The position numbers and the translations under genes are program-made. Source: the human T2T-CHM13v2.0 reference genome, Homo sapiens. Taken from it: DNA of 64,000 nt. Positions 59,168-64,000 of this stretch are shown here, in pieces. Under the pieces are notes generated by a model, which was not told where the DNA came from, searched no databases, and worked only from the letters and a program-made list of their open reading frames with translations. The stretch lies in assembly GCF_009914755.1 (NCBI RefSeq), contig NC_060926.1; one strand, 5' to 3'. The number at the start of each line of letters is the position of its first letter. Within the stretch, counting starts at the first letter, position 1.

Positions 59168-59410
59168 AGCATCGCATGGTGGGTAAGACCATGGACTCTG
59201 AACCCAGACGTGCAATTCAAACCAGACTCCCTCACTCACTAGCTGTCAGATCTTAGGCAAGTTTTATATGTCCCAGTTTCTTCATCATAAAATGGGAAGG
59301 ACAACGCTTGGATCTCAGGGTGCTGATACGAGTATTAACTAAGTGGTACAAATAACGGGTCTGGAGCAGGGTCTGTTTATTGTCCAATAAACATGCTAAG
59401 TTTCTATTAT
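59168..59410 (+). mobile_element. Near full-length MIR SINE
   Basis: gcatggtgggtaagaccatggactctgaacccagac...ctagctgtcagatcttaggcaagtt...cagtttcttcatcataaaatggg...caataaacatgct. Confidence 0.8.
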
Positions 59411-59993
59411 CCTTCATCGTGGTACAGAATGCCCCAAACCGGCCTGCTGGCCTCATCTCTCTTCCCGCCAGCAATCCCAACACTGTAGCCTCAAGTGTCT
59501 CTATCAAATGCCTATCAGGCCACTCACTCCTGGGAGTACCGCTTCTCTGTGGCCCTGCTGTGTGGCCTGTGGCCTGTGGCCTCCGGCTCTGCTCCTGCAG
59601 CCTGCAAGGTTGGATGTGAGGGGATGTGAGGTCCCCCTGCTGCAGTGTTCTCATGCCTGGCCTCCCCCTGGGCACGCCTTCCACCTGGGGCCCGAGCGCT
59701 GCCTCTCTTTCCCATGGAGGGCAGGAAGGCGGCTCACATTGCATTGTGCAAATGGCTCTGTCTTTGCTGGGATGGGGACTCACACCTTGAACCTGAGAAG
59801 GAGGCACGGAAGCCTATCCTGTCAGCGGCCACCAAGAAAACCCAGCTTCCTACGTGGAAGATGACAAGGCCAGGGCACTGGGGTGGAGACGGAAGCCAGC
59901 CTGGGAGCGGCTGGAGCGGCAGTCTCCGCTCCCCACAGGTACATGCACCTAAACTCGATGCGGCACTAAGGTTTCAGGTGGACGTTCTGGATG

Positions 59994-60064
59994 TTTTGTT
60001 TGTTTCTGTAGAGACAGGATCTTGCTACATTGCCCAGGCTGGGCTTAAGCCTCAGCCTCCTGAG
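59994..60064 (-). mobile_element. Short Alu/FLAM fragment
   Basis: tgtagagacaggatcttgctacattgcccaggctgg..cctcagcctcctgag. Confidence 0.7.
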
Positions 60065-62151
60065 ATGGGGTGGCCGGGGTGGTGTTAAAGATAAGACTGA
60101 GCCCAGCTGGCCCATTCTGTAAAGGCAAACAGAAAATCAAGAAACGTGCAGGTGAGACAGGTACTGCCGAGGCCTAAATGCACTTTAGGAACTAAATTCA
60201 ACAGAATGTACACGAGCCCAGGTAACACGCTAGAGATGAGACTAAGGAGGGCGTACAGAAGGCACCAAGTCCAGAACTCCACCCCAGCAGCTGCCGTGTG
60301 CTGAGATGGAGCGTGGTCACAGCCAGCCAGGCTCTGCACAGACGGAAGCAAACCGTGGCAGGCCTGGGCTCTGGGAGGTGGGCAGGCCCTGGGGACCCTG
60401 TTAGGTGCATCCATGGGGCATCCTAGGACATGACAAAACACGCTTCAACAGTTGCCAAAAATGGGCATCTTACTAGCCTGCCAGCCAGCATGTAGACTTC
60501 CCAGGCTGGGAGCCTCAGGTCCACAGAGGAGGAGCCTTCTGGTTCCCCCACAACCCACGGGCTAGAGACAAGGCTGGACAAGGGGTCTCCCTGCTGAAGA
60601 AAAGCAGAAGTCAGCGTCCTAAGAGGGCCTGGTGAGATGGTGGCCCAGGCCCACGGGGAGGAAGGGGCAGCAGTGGGCTGGTCCACTCTTAGAAGGCGAG
60701 GTTTCCAACTCAAACCACCCCAGAACCTTCCCTCGCTCCTTAACAGTGGCAGGAGCCCGGCAGGGACACCCCCCACCCGGCCCAGCCAGGAGGTTCTGCT
60801 GCCAGCCTGCCCAGGGCAACTGAGAGTCTCGAAAAGCCTATGTCGGAGGGTCCTCGGGTTGCCTGGCGCCATGAAAGCACTGCCTTCGTGAGCCCCCGGC
60901 CCCTACAGGTTGGCCTCTTCCCTGAAGGCCCCAGACACAGAGGCCCTAGGTGGGAATCCAGCAGGGTGGCATCTGCCCCCTTGTCGCTCCAAGGGAAAGC
61001 CCTGAGGGACCCTCCCAACCACGCCAGCGCCGCCTGCAGTGACGCCGGGCCACGCTCACCCCAAGGCCCAAGAAGGAGCCATGGTCCACTGAGACCCACG
61101 ACAAGGTATCCACGTGGCTTTTTATAAGCTAGTATTTCCTCCTGTGGTGTCTCCTTGGGGGAATCCTAAATTTCTGTGATGTGAGATAAAATTTTAGTGG
61201 GATTACAGAAACCTTGGCTTAGTATCAGAGACCACAATAACACACTTTAGAAACAGAGTAGCAATTTGGTTCTCTGCGGAATCGTAAGTGGAAGGGATGT
61301 ATTTTCCTTGAGATTTTAAAAATAATTAGGAGGAAGAGATAAAAGAGAAGCTTTTGTGAAAGCAGAGATAGAAATTTAATTAGAAACAGACGAGGATCTT
61401 CTCAAATCACCCTTGCCTTGTTTGCCCAGGTCCGAGATGAGGTAATGCCATTAGCAGGCAAGACTGATCTCTACTCTGAGGGGGCCAGAGCCTGGCTCTG
61501 ACACTCTTGGCCAAATGTCCCCATCCTCAGCCTGGCTCCATTTTCTGGGCAAGAGTGTGGGACCAACGAGACCTGGGCTAGTGCAGGGGTGGGCAGGCAC
61601 CACAAGCGGGACACCCCCAAGGGTGCACACGGCTGAAGGCGCAACGGGCACAGGGCATTCTGTGGGCCACGCTCGCAGCCCAAGAACACAGACGAGGAGG
61701 CCTGTGCTCAGGCACTAAGGACACGGAGGGACTGTTCTGGGATCCACCCAGCAGCTCTTGGAAAAGCTGGTGCCCTGGTGAGCAGGAGAGCGTGAGGCTC
61801 TAAGGAGTGGATCCCTCACTGGAAGGTCACGGCACCACTGAGACAGCCTGGAAGCTTCTGTGCTTCACGAAAGATCTACGCGTGAAGCCCCCGGGAAGCC
61901 AAGCCCCAGGAAGGGCCCATTATGCCGATGAAGACACGAGAGAATGAAGGATGTGGACACTGCCCCAAACACTCGGGACCAAGAGAAGATCCCAGAACCT
62001 GCTGCGGCGGTGACACAGGCACATACACACCACTGCAATTACTGCTAGAAAATATGAAAAACACTACCCTCCTTCATGTCTGCTGTGTCGGTGCCCTAGC
62101 CTCTGCCCCAGAGGTCAGAATGGCTCCAAGGGCACGGGGCCACTGTGCAAC

Positions 62152-62289
62152 TGCACATCAGCCATCCCGAAGCCCGCCCTGAGGACCCCCGCCCAGCCCA
62201 GCCCCCTACACATCAGCTGTCTCGAAGCCCACCCTGAGGACCCCCGCCCATCCCAGCCCCTTGCACATCAGCCGCCCCGAAGCCCGCCC
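62152..62289. repeat. GC-rich minisatellite, 55-bp unit x2.5
   Basis: tgcacatcagcc..cgaagcccgccctgaggacccccgccca.cccagcccc at 62152, 62207 and 62262. Confidence 0.9.
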
Positions 62290-64000
62290 AGTCCCCTGCC
62301 TGGAGATCACCCCTTCTCTTCACAACAGGCAGCAGGTGAACAGCTTCCCCCTCGGAGCTGCCCCATGGGCCTCACTGCACAGGTGTGGAGGCGTCCACGT
62401 CTACACCACCAGGAACCCCCAGGCAGGGCAGCTCTTGGCACTGATGCCCAACGGGTATTGCTAGGCCCGCACGGAGCTGCTGTCAAGGACAGGGGCAAGG
62501 GCAGGGAAGTGAGGCTCTACACACAGCAGCATCTTCATGCCTTGCCTGAGAGTATGTTCTAGAAGGACACGGGAGAGAAGAATAAACAGGGTCAGGACAG
62601 TCAGGAAAGGCCTCCAAGTTGGAGGTGTTAACCACATCTGAAGGGGTTCCTGAGAGACACGGGGGCACCGACGGGGGGACAGAGCCCAGTGCTGCTGTCC
62701 TGGGCATGCAGAGCAAGCCGCCTGCCTGGCCCCAGCTGTCCGACTCGGCTGAGCCTCGCCTCCTGCTGCTCGATCTAAGCTGGCTGCCCAGTGACGCCAC
62801 TCTGCCCCTTCTCTGCAGAGGGGAAGCTCCGTGAAGGCAGAGCCCTGTCTGGCCACTGCTCCCCTCAGTCTGAAAGGAAGGGTACGTGGGCACCTCTGAG
62901 AGCCAGTGGCTTACTCAGGGCACACAGGACCTTTGGGGTGGGGGCCATCCTCGAGCGGGGGCTCAATGACTGAAAACAAAAGGGGGAAGACACAGCCCTG
63001 GAAAGGAGGGGGCTGACTTTCCCAGGCCAGACGGGGAGCTCGTGGGGAGACGGGCTCTGGCCTCAGCCTAAGGTCACACCCCAAAGGCCATCCCAGACAC
63101 CGGAGTTCCTGCCGCTCGGGGACTCCCAGCAGGCACAGGCTTCACCTCTTTCTGCTCGGGCCGCCCCAGCCTCCACTGCGGAGGAACAGATGCGCCTGCC
63201 AGGTTCCATTCAGCTTCGGTTTGCAAATGGAAGCACAGGCATTTCCAAATGCAGCTCACATTTGTGAGTGTGGCAAAAGAGCGAAAGACCGTGGGGGCAG
63301 GAAACTGGATTTTGTTTGGTTGGTTTCTAAATGTCTGTTAAGAATGTGCTAATGTAAGACTACACATGAAGGTCGCTGGGCAGATGCAGCGGTTTATCTT
63401 GGAAAAAGAAGTGTGGCTGCCCACGGCTCTGACAGGACAGCCAACCACATGCGACCAGAGGGAGATGGCTTGGGTGAGCCGAGGCCCTCCTGATCCTAAG
63501 TGGCCAACAGGGTGCTTTGAGTGATGCTCCCTAGGGCTCGCAGCCTGAACCTGCAGAGGTTGAGGAAGCTGATGCAACAGTCGAAGAATAGATCAGCCTT
63601 CCTGGGTAGAAGCCAAGGTCTCTAGAAGCCCCGTCCTGTCTGCAGCATTTCTTGGGGGGAGGCTCTTCTGAAAGCCATGCCTTGCGGCAGGTCCCAGGGT
63701 GTAAACACTGTGCAGGGGGGACACCTGGCCCACTGCTGCCCCGTCGGAGGGTCCTGCCCCTTCCTTCCTACTCGGTGTTCCGGGGACCTGAAGGCCCCCA
63801 TATGCTGCTGGAGGTGTGGCAATGGGCTTTCTTTTTTCCATGAGCTGGAAGCTGCCTCTCAGAACTGTCCAGCTTCAGAGAACCCTGAAGATGGACTCTC
63901 CTGCCCCTCCCCCTGCAGAGCAGGGCAGGCCCAATGCGGGCTGAAGTGGACAGGGGTGCAGAGCCTGACAGGGGCTGGAGAGTGGGGGATGGGGGCCAAA

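Overview
Primate (most likely human) genomic DNA lying entirely inside the HDAC4 gene, which is transcribed on the minus strand. I can support only one host coding exon: 35514-35585 (-), 72 nt, encoding [24 protein letters not shown] from the HDAC4 N-terminus (conventionally exon 3), with canonical splice sites. The rest is long intron on both sides. It contains about 12 Alus, a 5'-truncated young L1PA-type LINE-1 with an uninterrupted ORF2 3' end, many old L1M/L2/MIR fragments, three solo LTRs (MER4, MER21 and MLT1 families), a Tigger4a MITE, and several GC-rich minisatellites (70-bp x4; 26/27-bp x17; 55-bp x2.5). Nearly all ORFs in the track are chance or repeat-derived. I found no evidence of a new multi-gene system. 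The best leads are splicing and regulatory candidates: a 17-nt microexon-like unit at 49911-49927, a cryptic terminal exon running into a sense MER4 LTR, a possible recursive splice site, and a VNTR pair near exon 3. Gene and repeat-family assignments come from my recall of known sequences, not from a database search.
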